64,000 bases of DNA from Raja brachyura. Taxonomy: Eukaryota. Made by a program: the position numbers and the translations under genes. The stretch lies in contig OY740808.1 in the NCBI GenBank assembly GCA_963514005.1, positions 13,144,001-13,208,000 of the forward strand. Reading direction: 5' to 3'. Positions 50,674-63,385 of this stretch are shown in pieces. Position 1 is the first letter of the stretch; the number at the start of each line of letters is the position of its first letter. The notes under the pieces are model-generated. The model did not search any database. It saw only the letters and a list, made by a program, of their open reading frames with translations, and was not told the DNA's origin.

Positions 50674-50707
50674 ATTCAAGGAGGTGATCCAACTGGTACC
50701 GGCACTG
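50674..50707 (+). CDS. PPIL2: PPIL2 exon, cyclophilin domain (IQGGDPTGTGT)
   Basis: ctttccccag| acceptor, |gtaaga donor, 34 nt phase 0-1; QGGD motif. The next expected exon (GGES.WG.PF.DE) was not found in the window. Confidence 0.95.
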
Positions 50708-50921
50708 GTAAGACTTGGTCCACTTTTGAATTAGAGTTTACAGTTGTAAATAAGGGCTACGAGTAAATTATGTGAGAGGGAGGGGAAGCCAAGGAGTTCC
50801 TTGAAATGTCTCCTGCATGGAAGTAGTCTCTTGTCACCCATTGAAAGCCCATTGATAATCTCAGCACTCATGTAGTCTGATTATTGCTAGAGCTCCATGA
50901 AATGAACAATGAATAGTTGCT

Positions 50922-51378
50922 GTGTAAATATGAACTCCAGATGCTCGTTTAAACCAAAGATAGTCACAAAAAGCTGGAGTAACTCAGTGGGACAGGCAGC
51001 ATCCCTGCAAAGAAGCAATGGGTGACGTTTCGTGTTGAGACCCTTCTTCAGTCTAGTTAGGGATAAGGGAAACGAGAGATATAGACGGTGATGTGAAGAG
51101 GTAATGAACAATGAATGAAAGATATGCAAAAATGTAACGATGATAAAGAAAACAAGCCACAGTAAGCTGGTTTAGGGCAAAAATGAGAAGCTAGTGCGAC
51201 TTGGGTGGGGGAGGGATAGAGAGAGAGGGAATGCTGGGGCTACCAGCATTGACAGAAATCAATACTCGTACCACTGACCTGTAAACTGCCCAAGCGAAAT
51301 ATGAGATGCTGTTCCTCCAATTTCCATTTAACCTCACTCTGACAATGGAGGAGACCGAGGACAGAAAGGTATGTGTAG
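50922..51378 (-). mobile_element. Short 5'-truncated PLE (GIY-YIG C-terminus + terminal repeat with tail)
   Basis: SVLGLLHCQSEVKWKLEEQHLIFRLGSLQ; HHR-like core 51024-51051; 16-bp TSD acaatgaatagttgct at 50906-50921 and 51379-51394. Confidence 0.85.
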
Positions 51379-52499
51379 ACAATGAATAGTTGCTATTGCT
51401 TGTATCCCTTACAATCACGTCGGAATTTAATCACATTGCACGGTAGTAACATGGGAGTCTTGATAATGGGGAACTGGCTTGAAAATAGAGTTGCAGCCAA
51501 GTTCAGGTCAGCCATGGTCTTATTGAATTACAGGGCACAATCAAAACGATTTGGCCCACTCATGCTTCTTGTACTTGCATTTTAACGTACTGAACCAAGT
51601 GAAATAAATAAGTCTTTGAGCTGGTCATCCCTTTCAGCTCCTGCCATTGGGAAAGAGCAAGTTGAAAGCAAATCAGTTTATTCTGCAAATCATGACTTGT
51701 GACAAGAAGCATTTGAAAGTTATTCTAGTTGCTAACCAGGCAGGCACTATTCATTAACTGGCTATTATTGGATTTGTCTAGACATTACTGTAGGAACCAC
51801 TTATAATCCAAGCACCTGTTGCTTTGCTGGATATTAGCCACAAAGAAGTATTTCCTTTTATGAGTTACCTTTTTGTTGTACCTTCTGTTTCCCTTTATGC
51901 AAAGAGTTCTTTCCACAATGAATATATAGCACACCTTCAGACATACTGACAATTTCACAAATTCGTCCTTTATTGAATCCTTGTGGTCAAATTTACATTG
52001 CGACAGACATCAGAATATTTCTAAATCTTGTTAGGATTCTCAATTCCTACTAATTTGCATTGATTTGAACGAATTGTTCTGCCAGCCAGTCTTCCCGCAG
52101 GAAAAACATACAGATATCCAGTCAGGGGAACATGCTGTTCACAGCTTCAGCATCAATATAGATGAAGTTTCCTCACTCCTGCATGTGGTTTCAGCAATTG
52201 GTGAAATATAGAAGTGTGCTATGACCGGTGCAATTTGAGAGGCAGGTGTACATCTGCATTCATTTTTCGAACTCACTTTTAAATTATATTTTTTCTCCAT
52301 TGGCCTAAATGAATTAGATGATCCCAAGAGCAAAATTATATGAAAAACTTGCATTCAGATTCCTGTGATTATTCTGACTGTCATACAGCTGCAGTCATTT
52401 TGAACTTTTCTAGTACCATTTCACTCAAAACCTCATGACAGTCCATACATGAAGTAAACGGGTATATTCCAGGGGTGAGGTGACCTCTTTGTCCTCATC

Positions 52500-52900
52500 T
52501 TTCCCCTCCGATACACAGACGCCAAATTGGAAAAAGCAATATCTCATATTCCACTTGGTAACGTACAACTCAATAGTATGAATATTGAATTTTCCAATTT
52601 CAGGTAACCCCACACGACCAGTGCTCACCATCCATACACGCTCGCCTGTCTACCTAGTTTTCACTTTCCCATCCCATCCTTCACATGATTCCGTCTGCCC
52701 ATCATCCACTCCCCACCTATCACCTATCTGCTTCTACCCCATGCCCAACCTACTGCTCTATACTGGCAATTGTTCCTGTATCCTGGACTCAACATGAAAT
52801 GTTGACGGGCACCATTTGCCTCCAAAGATGCTGCTTGACCCACTGAGTTTTTCCAGAGTTACATTTTTGTTCCAGATTACAGCATTTATAGTTTATTTTG
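52500..52900 (+). mobile_element. Degenerate PLE 3' end
   Basis: RQLEKQYLIFHLVTYNS..MNIEFSNFR-like sequence followed by decayed terminal repeat (agatgctgcttgacccactgagtttttccag). Confidence 0.65.
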
Positions 52901-52979
52901 TCTTCATCTTCTATTAAAATCGGCTGTTTGGGGTAGCTAGTTGTGAGCAGGTTACCCTTTATGCCAGTTTTAAGAATTT

Positions 52980-53300
52980 ATCCGGGGGATGGGGACGTTG
53001 CTGAAAATGTAGCCATCTATTTATTATCCATCTCTGAACAGTGGCTGTTAAGAGGCAATGACATTGGTACATTTGGAGACATATATAGGGTAAACTAGAA
53101 GGACAGCAAATTTACTTCCGTGGAAGACAATTAGCGAACCAGATGAAATTTTGCAGCAATCCAATAGTTCATGGTTACTGAGAGCAACTTTAATTGCAGA
53201 TTCATTTCCCAGTTACCATGGAGAATTCAAACTTATTCTGTAGCTCAGTGGTCCAGAGCTGTGGCTGTTGGTCCTGTAACTTAATCACGATGCTGCCATC
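52980..53300 (-). mobile_element. Degenerate SINE-like repeat
   Basis: Reverse-complement similarity to 33940-34260. Confidence 0.5.
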
Positions 53301-54515
53301 CCCAGCAATATTCCCAAGGGCTGGCATTCCTGCATACTGCAAGATGTCAGACCAGCTCTTTGGATAGTGTGAATCTACAACTGTTATAAAAAAATTGGCA
53401 TTTACTCTTCTGTATAATTTTCTACACTAGTTGCAATCTGTCTAATTATCATGAAAAGGTTCAAAGAAATTTTGAGGCTCTCACAACAGCTGTTACTTCT
53501 GAAGGTTGTGAGCCAGTTTCCATCTGTTAATTAATCTACCCTTGACCCTGCTTGAGTTAGCCTTCTGCAAAGCTCAAGCTATGTCTGCGATGGAGGGATT
53601 TACGTGTTTCTGTACCACACTGTCAACCCTGTGTTTGATTCAACTTGTTCTTGGAGGCAACATGTTAAAACTACCGCAGGAAATTAGTGACATCCATGGT
53701 TAGCATTAAGGTATTCCCAAAACTATCAGGGGTTGACTTTTGGGGAAATAATTTATTCTACAAACTAATTTGCAAAGAATTGCCTATTTCTGTTCTACTC
53801 AGTGAAGAGAAATAGATTTACTTTGTTTGTAATCTAGGAGAAAGGTTATTGAAACATAAAATCTTGATAGCTTAAACATGCAAAATTATTGCTGTTAATT
53901 CCTCGTATCTTTAAATCCAGTACAGAATGAGGACATTGTGTTATTCTTTGCTCTTGAGCAATTAAAGGATATTTTTTGACCAACCTGGATCTACATTGAA
54001 TCTTTGGATAAAATGAATGACTGAAGTCCTCTGCCTGCATGTTCTTGTGATTCAGATGAAATTTAAAGAATCTCGTGGAAATATTTGAGAGAACAATGCA
54101 AAGCTACAAAGAATCCCTTACACACATTCCTACCAGATTAACTATTCATTTGTAATTGATGGAACCTTGGTGTGTCAAAAGCTGCAAATATACTTAAAAG
54201 CAATTCATTTTTGTTCTAAGAAAATAATGAATGGAAACATAAATGGAAGACTTTTTCATACTTATCTTACATTCTTTTCTAAAAAAATCACTTTCTGCTG
54301 ATAGTTTTTTTTGTTCCGAAAAATCACAATTCTTCATATCACATTCCCCAGAAAACAAATAGTTCTAGCTGCATCTACCTTTTCCCCATCATTTTGCATT
54401 GATGACATCTCCACAGATCTCCAATCTATCAATTTCCTTAACCAATTATGCACACTTATATTGTCCTCTGCAAAACCAAAGTTTTAGCTTTCAACTTTCA
54501 GCCTTCCTCATTCTA

Positions 54516-55547
54516 TGGCAATGTTACAAAATTTTGAGATTTTAAAAATCAAGTCTGCAATTTATCCCATCAGATAAAGCATAAAAAGAAGTTTAATTTG
54601 ACACCTAATTCACTTTTATATCTTCAGTATTAACAAGGTTTTGGCCATTTTCATACTCAGAAATTAGCATCTTGTTCCCCATTGCCTTTCAATTGACTTA
54701 ACACAAAAGCTGTGATCTAGGACAGTCAAAAGCCCATAACTTTCTTAAAAATTAAGAGAACTCAATGAAATGTTCAGTTATTATAGATTGAAGCATTATG
54801 AAACAAATATGAAACAATATTACTTGGATGACCTGAAATTAAAGCATATAATTAGTTAGTTACCTAATTGTAGCTAATTACAAAATTCAATTACCAGATC
54901 TAAACATCTATCCATTTGTTAAGAAAAGATAAACTTTTTTAAATTGCCTAAGTGTCCAAATAACATTCACACAATAATTCACAATATAACATGATTTTTA
55001 AATCTCATTTTCATGAATTTATAGACCAAATGGAAGAAATTTGGTGTCTAATTCCTGTAAATTAATGGCCATTTAAATCAACTAGCGAGTGGGTTTTAGT
55101 GGAATGCAGTGGATTAGAACGTTGCAGTTTGCGGTGAAGTCGGCATGAAAAGCACTGCCGGTTCATATATTTGTTTTTGTCCCCATTTCGCAACATGAAA
55201 ATGTGATTAAAGCCTTCCTAAAAACCAAGTTTTAATGTAAAAATAAACTGCACTTTATTTTCTCCCCTACGTAAAATCCTTCCCATTGTCGGCGCACACG
55301 GCTTGAGAAGATGATTTTTAAATTACTCTAGTTAATAAATAATCTAGCGTAATTAAAAAATACCTTCATGAATGAAATGTCGGAGCGATTTTTCTTCAGC
55401 AACGAAATCGCCCGACATGGATCGATTTGCCCTGTCTGCAGAAAAACGGCACTTTAAACCCGCCCCCCTCTGAAAGGCGCCAAAGTCACGCACACGGGGA
55501 GCGGCAGAACTCCAGCGCTGCTCAAGGTAAGTTTTGTAACATACCTA
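54516..55547. mobile_element. Non-autonomous DNA transposon (~1032 bp), copy 2
   Basis: TGGCAATGTTACAAAA ... TTTTGTAACATACCTA; 7-bp TSD cattcta (54509-54515, 55548-55554); colinear with 35996-37029. Confidence 0.88.
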
Positions 55548-55789
55548 CATTCTAGTCCTAATGGGGTATGAGTTGAATGCTCACTTCATTGACCCTGCTC
55601 TTCTTTGTTTCCTTGTGTTACCCAAGAATAAAATAGAACACATCTCATTAACTTTATCTATCCTTGTCATAGTCCTCAATGGTTCTTTACAAAATCAGAG
55701 TTACATACTAATCATATTTCAACGTTTCCACTGCTGTCATCACCAATGCTTTCCATTTGCAATATTTATGAGCTGATTACAGTTACTAG

Positions 55790-55941
55790 CTTAGAAGCAT
55801 ATAAACATTGAAAAATAGGTGCAGGAGTAGGCCATTCAGCCCTTCGAGCCAGCACTGCCATTGAATATGATCATGACTGATCATCTAAAATCAGTACCCA
55901 TTTCCTGCTTGTTCCCCATATCCATTGATTCCTTTATCCCA
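55790..55941 (-). mobile_element. Short, more diverged CR1 3' end
   Basis: rc of the CR1 3' UTR (ggctcgaagggctgaatggcctactcctgcacctattttt). Confidence 0.8.
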
Positions 55942-56063
55942 GGAGACGGCAACCTTGTTTTGCATAGGGGCCAGGACCAATGCCTGTGAGCGGATGGCAA
56001 GCCACATCTGTCGCCATAGTGTGACACTTGGTGTTATTTTTCACGTGTTTTTCAATTATTTTT

Positions 56064-56187
56064 CTGCAGTTCCCAGGTCCCTCGTATGCCCCAGGACTGG
56101 CTGCAGTTCCCAGGTCAGCTCGTCTGCCCTGGGACTGGCTGTAGCGCCACGTAGCGTGCGTACCCCAGGATGAGCTGCAGTTCCCGG
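56064..56187. repeat. Minisatellite, ~37-bp unit x ~3.3
   Basis: Units start ctgcagttccc/ctgtag at 56064, 56101, 56139, 56175. Confidence 0.75.
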
Positions 56188-56929
56188 ATCATTTTTTCAT
56201 TTTATCAGTGCCAGTTCTGTTATCCTGCAGTTTTCCACTACTTTGAGTGACCCACTTGAAAGCATTTAATTCCACAATTTCACAACAGTAGAATTTTTGC
56301 TTCTATTAATTTTTTACCTTATTTTATTTTCTTTGAAACTGGTACTTGTCTCAAACCAGTACTTGCCAAAAACTGTATCTTGTGGTCTCCTTTAAAAGCA
56401 ATACAAAACTGAGCTCATCATATAATATTTTAGTCCTATACATGTCTTCTTAGCTCTGGATTCATTTTACTATATTACTATCATTGAAGTGATTTTGGAA
56501 ATTGTTTACGTAAAAAGCATAGCAATCATTCTGATTTAGCTCATCACCTTCTCTTCTTTCAGTTTTGCTACTTCACTGAATATGACTTGCTGTGTTTTCA
56601 ACAGTTGGAGAATAAATCTGTTCTTGAGGTTGGCTATAAAATATAGCTAAAACTTGACCAGGGTCTGAATAAATAGACCTTTTTCCATTCCTGACTCAAC
56701 CATTGCCATAAACAAAATAGTCTCAAGGATGATTAGTTTTAGGATGAATCACCAAATATTGTTCAAGAACATAGGGCACATGTGGAAATACTAAGTTACT
56801 CTGACCCAGATAAATACTAAATCAGATTGGCACGCCATGACCCAATCTGACCCAATTTATTTTTTGTGGGAAACATCATAACCAGAGGCATCAGCATGGT
56901 CCATGATGTTGGTCATTGAGAAATCTAGT

Positions 56930-57410
56930 TCAACACCATAATTCCAGCCAAAGTCATTTCAAAACTCCTGAACCTAGGACCCACTGCAACTGGATCTGTG
57001 ACTTACTGACCCATAAACCACAATCAGTAAGGATAGGTGACAGCACACCCTCCATGATATTGGTCAACGCTTATGCTCCACAAGGCTTTTTCCTCAGCCA
57101 CTTGCTATGCTCCATGCACACTCACAACTGGGTGACCAAATTCTGATCTAAGTCTATTTACTATTTTGCAGGTGACATCAATGTAGTGGACCACATCTCC
57201 AACAATGAGTATAGTGGGGAGTTAGAGACTCAGTAGCATGGTGTCAAAACACGAACCTCTCCTTCAATGTCAGTAAAACAAAGGAATAGGTCATCTGCTT
57301 AAGGAAACTGGGTAGAGTACATGCCCCAATCTGCATCAATGATGCTAAAGTGGAGACGGGGAAGAGATTAAAGTTCCTAAATGTAAATATCACTAACAAT
57401 TTGTCCTGGA
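56930..57410 (+). mobile_element. Degenerate Rex/L2-type RT fragment
   Basis: CNWICDLLTHKPQSVRIGD...APQG..LS.LL, followed by an L.WC..NLSFNVSKTKE-like motif. Confidence 0.65.
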
Positions 57411-58449
57411 TATTTTGTCTAATCAAAATGATGTGATTTTCTTGAACTGGACTGTGTGAGGAACATAACAGTGGAGTATAGCTGTCATAAAATCGCAGTC
57501 AACTTATTAAAAGTTTGCATTTTTAATAATTGTATGGCCAAAGACTTTAGTTCCAAGAGAATGTTCCAGAACAATATTGTGCTTCAAATGTCAGGCTTTG
57601 TAAACAGCAGAGATTCGATGCACTTACAAGTTTTAGTATGGGTTAATCATTGTAGATAATTTAATTAGTAAATGGTTTCCGCATCGGAGCTCCCCTATGG
57701 TCCCCTGAAACGAAACTCCCACATGTGTCTGAGTCGGACCTCCCCATGGTCATATGCCGAATAGTAAATGTACGCCTGCACTTTCTGTTTCCGACTTAAA
57801 GTAACGCACGGGTCTGTGGGGCCTAACCCATACCAAGTTTGTGGAGTGTCTGTAGGCAATTTATTACGATGTGTACAGATATTAAGTGAAATGCTTGCTA
57901 TGCATGCTATCAAATCAAATCATACTTTCCAAGTATAATAGATCCTTGTCTGGAACAGTAAGCAGAGAGTCGCTAAGTTTTGGTGCCATCTTGCAACTTC
58001 CAAGTCTTTGAAAAGCCCGATCTTGGCCCAAAGGAGATAAACAATTTCTTATTTTCTCACATTAAGCCCCAGTCCTGGCAGCACTGGATCAATGATGTAG
58101 GGCTTGACCTGGCCCAGCGTGATGTCCAGCACTTTCCAACCCTGCTGTGTGCAGCTATCGCAGGCTGTGTTTGATTCACTTGCTCACATGGCTGCTACAA
58201 GGCCTCTTGCAGCCCACTCCACCAATACCATGCCACCAGCTGCTCCTTCACTTCCATATGCTGAGGTTGCCATGTGCTGCCTTCCAAGCCAATCGCACAA
58301 CTTCAGAGTGCTTTCTGACGTAAGTTCGCAGACTGTTCACTCTTGCCAACTTTCCCCTTCACCTTCCACCACCGCCATCTTGGTCTAGTTCTCATCCAAA
58401 ATATATAAAAGGTGTACGTAGGACTGAAATATTAGTAATATTAGAATAT

Positions 58450-59030
58450 GAACTATTTCCAAAATGATGGCATCAAATGAGAAAGAATTACATGGCAGTG
58501 TAAGATTAATGTGTGTCTAATCACACAGAGAATATAAATATGGATGAGATAGAGGCACAGGAAGTTACAAAGAACTATAAAAGTAGCATTATAGAGATCT
58601 GACTCAGACAGAAGATCGAATGGTGACTAGATATTCTAGACTGCTTTGTATTCAGGAAAAATAAGAAAGGGCAAAATAAAATATAATGTGTTAATGTTGA
58701 TCAAAGTTACTGTTACTGCACCAGAAAAGATTGCATATTGATGTCAATAACCTGATGATAAAAGGGACTTTGGTTAATCTAATTTAAAGTAAGAAGATAA
58801 CAGTGAAGGGAAGGAGGGAAGATTTCTAAAAATGTCTGAGTTTTCTAGATCTGTTTGTTTTCATCAATGGGAAGTTCTGTATCTAGTTACAGGGATGAAG
58901 TAGGGCAAGTGATGTATGTTTCTGTCGAAAAGTAATTGGGAAACTGTGACCATGGTCAGGTTTATAATAGTGATGGAAAATGAAAACGGAAAGCAGAATC
59001 TATAAGAGTGCAACTGGTTGAAGTTGAATT
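58450..59030 (+). mobile_element. Old CR1 endonuclease-region remnant
   Basis: Decayed CR1 APE-region-like sequence, similar to 63380-63790; bounds approximate. Confidence 0.4.
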
Positions 59031-62000
59031 CAATATGTCAATGGCACTTTGTGACATGTACCAAGGTGTATTGAAATTCATTTTTGCATGCAGTTCAGTA
59101 CAAGTATCTATACGTAGGCATTGTAAAGAGATTGAATCAAAACAACTGTACTTTGAGAAGATAGTAAGATTGATTAAATTAACGGGTTACGCACAGGTGC
59201 AGGAGGCAGCCCCGACATTCTCATTGTTGTAGTGGAGAAATATTTATGTAATGGTGCCGAGGTATGTTTGGAATAAGGACTGTTCAACAAAACCAAGAAA
59301 AGGGCTCATGCGAGTGCCCATGTCTACAATGTTAACTTGAAGAAGTGAGAGGAGTTAATAATAATCCAAAGAATGGTTTTGACCCAAAACATCATCTATT
59401 CATTCCCTCCAGAGATACTCCCTCAGCGCCAAGTTACTCAAGTACGTTGTGTTTTAATCATATTGTTGCTTGTTCCTGCAACGCCCCAATCTTATTTCCC
59501 ATGTTCTGTGCACATCTATCCAAGTCTATTCATCTTAAATTGCCTTGACTTTTTTCCCTGTCTGATCCCTCTTGTTTATGAAATATCCTCCATTCCAATT
59601 CTGTGTTTTTTCCAGTCCCTTTTTCCCAGGCGCATTTTGTCTCCTCTAATTCTTCATCCAGGGCCCTGACCTCTGCAAATGATTTGTGGAAAGATGTCTA
59701 ACCAAGCCAATCGGTTCTGATGGATTCAGTGGGGGTGGGGTTGTTTTATGTCCAAATTGTTCTCTCTGTTGTGAAACAAATGTTTGAGCACCCTCTAGTC
59801 TGTGCCTTATTGTCAGGAGGGTATCTGCCTTGAGACTAATAGTGTCCTGCAATGACTGAATGACAAATGTAAGCTTAATATGTTGTTGCACTATCATCCT
59901 TCAACTGTAATGAGTACAAAAAAGGGGCTGTACAAACAGATGAATCAAGCAGCTAGAATATTGCTGAAGGATTAAATACGGGCAAATTGATTATATGATT
60001 GAATTGCTGAAAGCGAAGTGGTTCTTGCTGATAACTTTTGGACAGCATATGTTAGGTGCAAGTGCAGCAGCACCAGTACAGAGTAGACATAATGATAGGA
60101 TATTTATAACTAACCTCTTTGTTTTGCTTGTCTCCAGATGAACTTTGCAGTCCCTTAATAATCATACATCTTCCAGCAGCTGGTGCAGTGTTTATATAAA
60201 CCAGTCGAAAGTCAATCAGTGGATAAATAATGATTGGGAGATCTCAGAATAAATAGGTATAGATGAAAGCTATTTTCTTGAGGCAGAAAGGAAGGCCAGC
60301 TAAAGCTAGAGTTCCCTGGCTGACTAAAAATATATAGATTAAAGGTGCTGCAAAAACAGATAACCCAGAACTATAGAAACCACCCTATTTCTTTAATTAC
60401 AGGCACAAAAATGTTCAAGATATCTGCCACTCCAATTCCAGTATATTGGTCATTTGGAAATTAATCCACTCCATTACTGACAAGCTGCCTACCAATTGAA
60501 AACTCAGGAAATACCCTTCTGAAATTTCTCCACCTCTCTTCACGAAGCTCAGCAACTTTACATTTTTGGCAACGTTAAAGTTAAAAAAAAATTGTTATTA
60601 TAATTTATGAAAGTTGTGAATTCATTAACTTGCTCGTCACATGATAAATTATGCTTGTGGTAACCTGATGTTTGATGTTTTTTGTGAAGGCTCCTTGCCC
60701 CCTCACTAAGTGACAGATATGGGGCAGACCCTCTCGGTAGTGCCTAGATTGTGTAGATTATATCTGCATTCAGATTGATACTGGTATTGACCGATAGGTA
60801 AATGTAAGCTTAAAGCATTATGGCTGATTATTCTTCAGTCTTAATGTGCACGGGAAAGGAAAAATACAATCCTTCACAACTAGGAAGTTTTAAGTAGCCA
60901 GCACATTATTGAAGGATGAAATACTGCAGCATTGATTACATGATTGAATTGCTGGAAGTGAGAGGTAGCTCATGATCAGAACTCTGGATGGCATCAGTCA
61001 GCTGCGAATGATGCAGCAGCTTGTGCAGACCAGAGGCAAAACTTGTATATCGTGTAGCTAACCTCTGCTGTGTTGTCTGTAGGTAGAATTTGCAGCAACT
61101 TAGCAATAAGCTGCTTTTGGCAGATGGTGCAGAGCTGAGGGTTATTTAGATTGACCCAGCAACATCATGTAAAATGTGCACAAGCTTGAAAGCTGTGCTT
61201 TTCAGCTCTTAACAGGTGCTACTGAGAGATTGAAATATGCATTCATTTAAACAAAACCATACACAACATGCAGAGTAGCAGTTGAAAGCTTGATGGGTAC
61301 CAGAACGGATGAAATGGTAGCAGAAAGGAAGTTGTGTTGTCTTCCCTGTATTCAGTAGCCCTCTCTGATAAAGGTGAAAAGTCTGGACTTATTTGAAAGA
61401 GAAAATGGCCATAACTCTTGAAATACTAAATAACAGGACATTATTTTTTCTTCTGTGGTGATAAAACATTACAACCCTTGTTTCTGTTCATAGTACATTG
61501 AAAATTGGTTGCAAATGCAAATATTGAAATCATTGATGCTGACAGTGGTGATTTTTTTTTTAAATTACCCGTTTCTAAATTATTTCCCAAAAGATATTTC
61601 ACATAAAACAGTATGTTAAATGTAAGTGAAATAAATTAATAACATTGTGAATAACTCTTCGTTCAAGCATTTTTAAATTGTTGGAGGTTTATCATGAGAA
61701 TGTAAAATAATAAAAAATACACGATATGCCAGTCTGCATTTGAAAGGGAAACAACAGGTTAAAATTTTAGTGAAGCCTCTGGAGTCCCATGTCTTTGTGC
61801 CTTTAATCTCTCTTCAATTTCTCTATTGCTGACAAGATTGCTGTGCATTTCCGGTGTTTTATTTTTTTTATTGCAAGGAAAGGGTTGAGATTGTTTTTGT
61901 TTTAGATGAACCACGAGAACCTCGTATTGAAGGTCACCTTGCGACTAATGCAGTGAGTGAATGGTCTTACTGCACGTACTATGTACCGCACTATGTCTCA

Positions 62001-63099
62001 TTCATCATACTAACAGCCTGCAGGAGGCTGGTTCTTACTGAGAAAGATCCTCCTCCTTTAGGTGCCACATCAAAACAAGGTAGTAAGTGACTGTGAGCTG
62101 TTCTCATTAATTCAAGCCACCGCCTCAGTAGGACATCTGGCCACCTAATTGGCTATACCATCCCCCTCCTCAATGCAGTGCAATAACATTGAGGAGAATG
62201 TTGATGAGATGTGTGTTGATGAGAGTCAGCAAATTAAATCACAGCCCATAATGTCTTGGTTCTTGTTTAGATTCAGGCACATACTTAGTATTGCTCACTA
62301 GAAAATAAGCATCTTATTTTCCCTTTTGAGATGCAACAAATAAATGCCCACTGCTGATTGTGATACTCCAAGGCACAGCTGCATCTGACTTTGTTTCCTC
62401 CATTCATTACTGGTTAACTTTTGCTAAGTAATGTGCGCCTAAGAATGTCATGCTACGTTGATATTTGCTTCAATAATTATTCACTGTATCTTAGCAACTT
62501 GCTAATGGATGACTGATGATGCATTTCTGAAAATCCCTTCCTTCACAGGTGCTTTGCTGACCACAGTAAATCACTCTGTGCTTGAAGCTTCATTTAACTC
62601 GTAGAAGCCCTTTTGATTCTTTGCTTTTTTTTCAATGGGCCCTCGTCTGTACGTCAAGCCAGTTAAAGCACCAGTATATTTTTCAACAGTAAACAAGGGC
62701 ATTTGCTGTGTTCTTGCCTGCTGCCACAGCAACATGTTTTGCTTCCAGCAAAGAATACAACAATCTGATCGACTTCACCCTGATGTGCAATATAAACATT
62801 CAAAATGACTGCTAGAGTCCTTGAAAGCAGTAAGGCAGTCAAATTGTCAGGGACCTGCAGGCATCAGAGTTTGAAAATATAATTATTTAACAACTGCAAA
62901 ATAATGCAATATCTTTCAAAGAAAATGTTCTCTTCCACCTTTTGGCTTGGCTCTGACTTGATTTTCTGCAATAGCTGAACAAACCCTAAATGTATAAAGA
63001 ATTGTTTTGCGTACTAAGATGGCCAAAGTCAATTGAAGGTGTGTAATCAACATTATAACATTTGACAATGCCAGAGAAGGATTGAATTGATTGATTGAA

Positions 63100-63385
63100 A
63101 GATACACCTTGGAAACAAGCCTTTTCGTCCACTGAGTCCACGCCAACCATTGATCTCCCATTCACACTAGTTCGATGTTATCCCACTTTCACATCCATTC
63201 CCTATACATTAAGGGCAATATTCAGAGGCCAAATAGCCTACAGCTCCTACGGCTTTGGGATGTAGGAGGAAACCCACGTGGTCACAGAGAGAATGTGCAA
63301 ACTACACACGGACAGCACCCAAGGTCAGGATCCAATCTGTGTCTTTGTTGATGTGAGGCAGCAATTCTACACACTGCATCATTAT
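63100..63385 (-). mobile_element. tRNA-derived SINE (V-SINE/HE1-like)
   Basis: ttgggatgtaggaggaaacccacgtggtcacag.gagaatgtgcaaact.cacacggacagc is the reverse complement of the typical V-SINE core; partial copies at ~32290-32450 and ~5180-5340. Confidence 0.65.

Noticed and set aside
56064-56187. ~37-bp repeats as a CRISPR array
   Set aside because: Tandem diverged units without unique spacers, no cas genes, eukaryotic locus.
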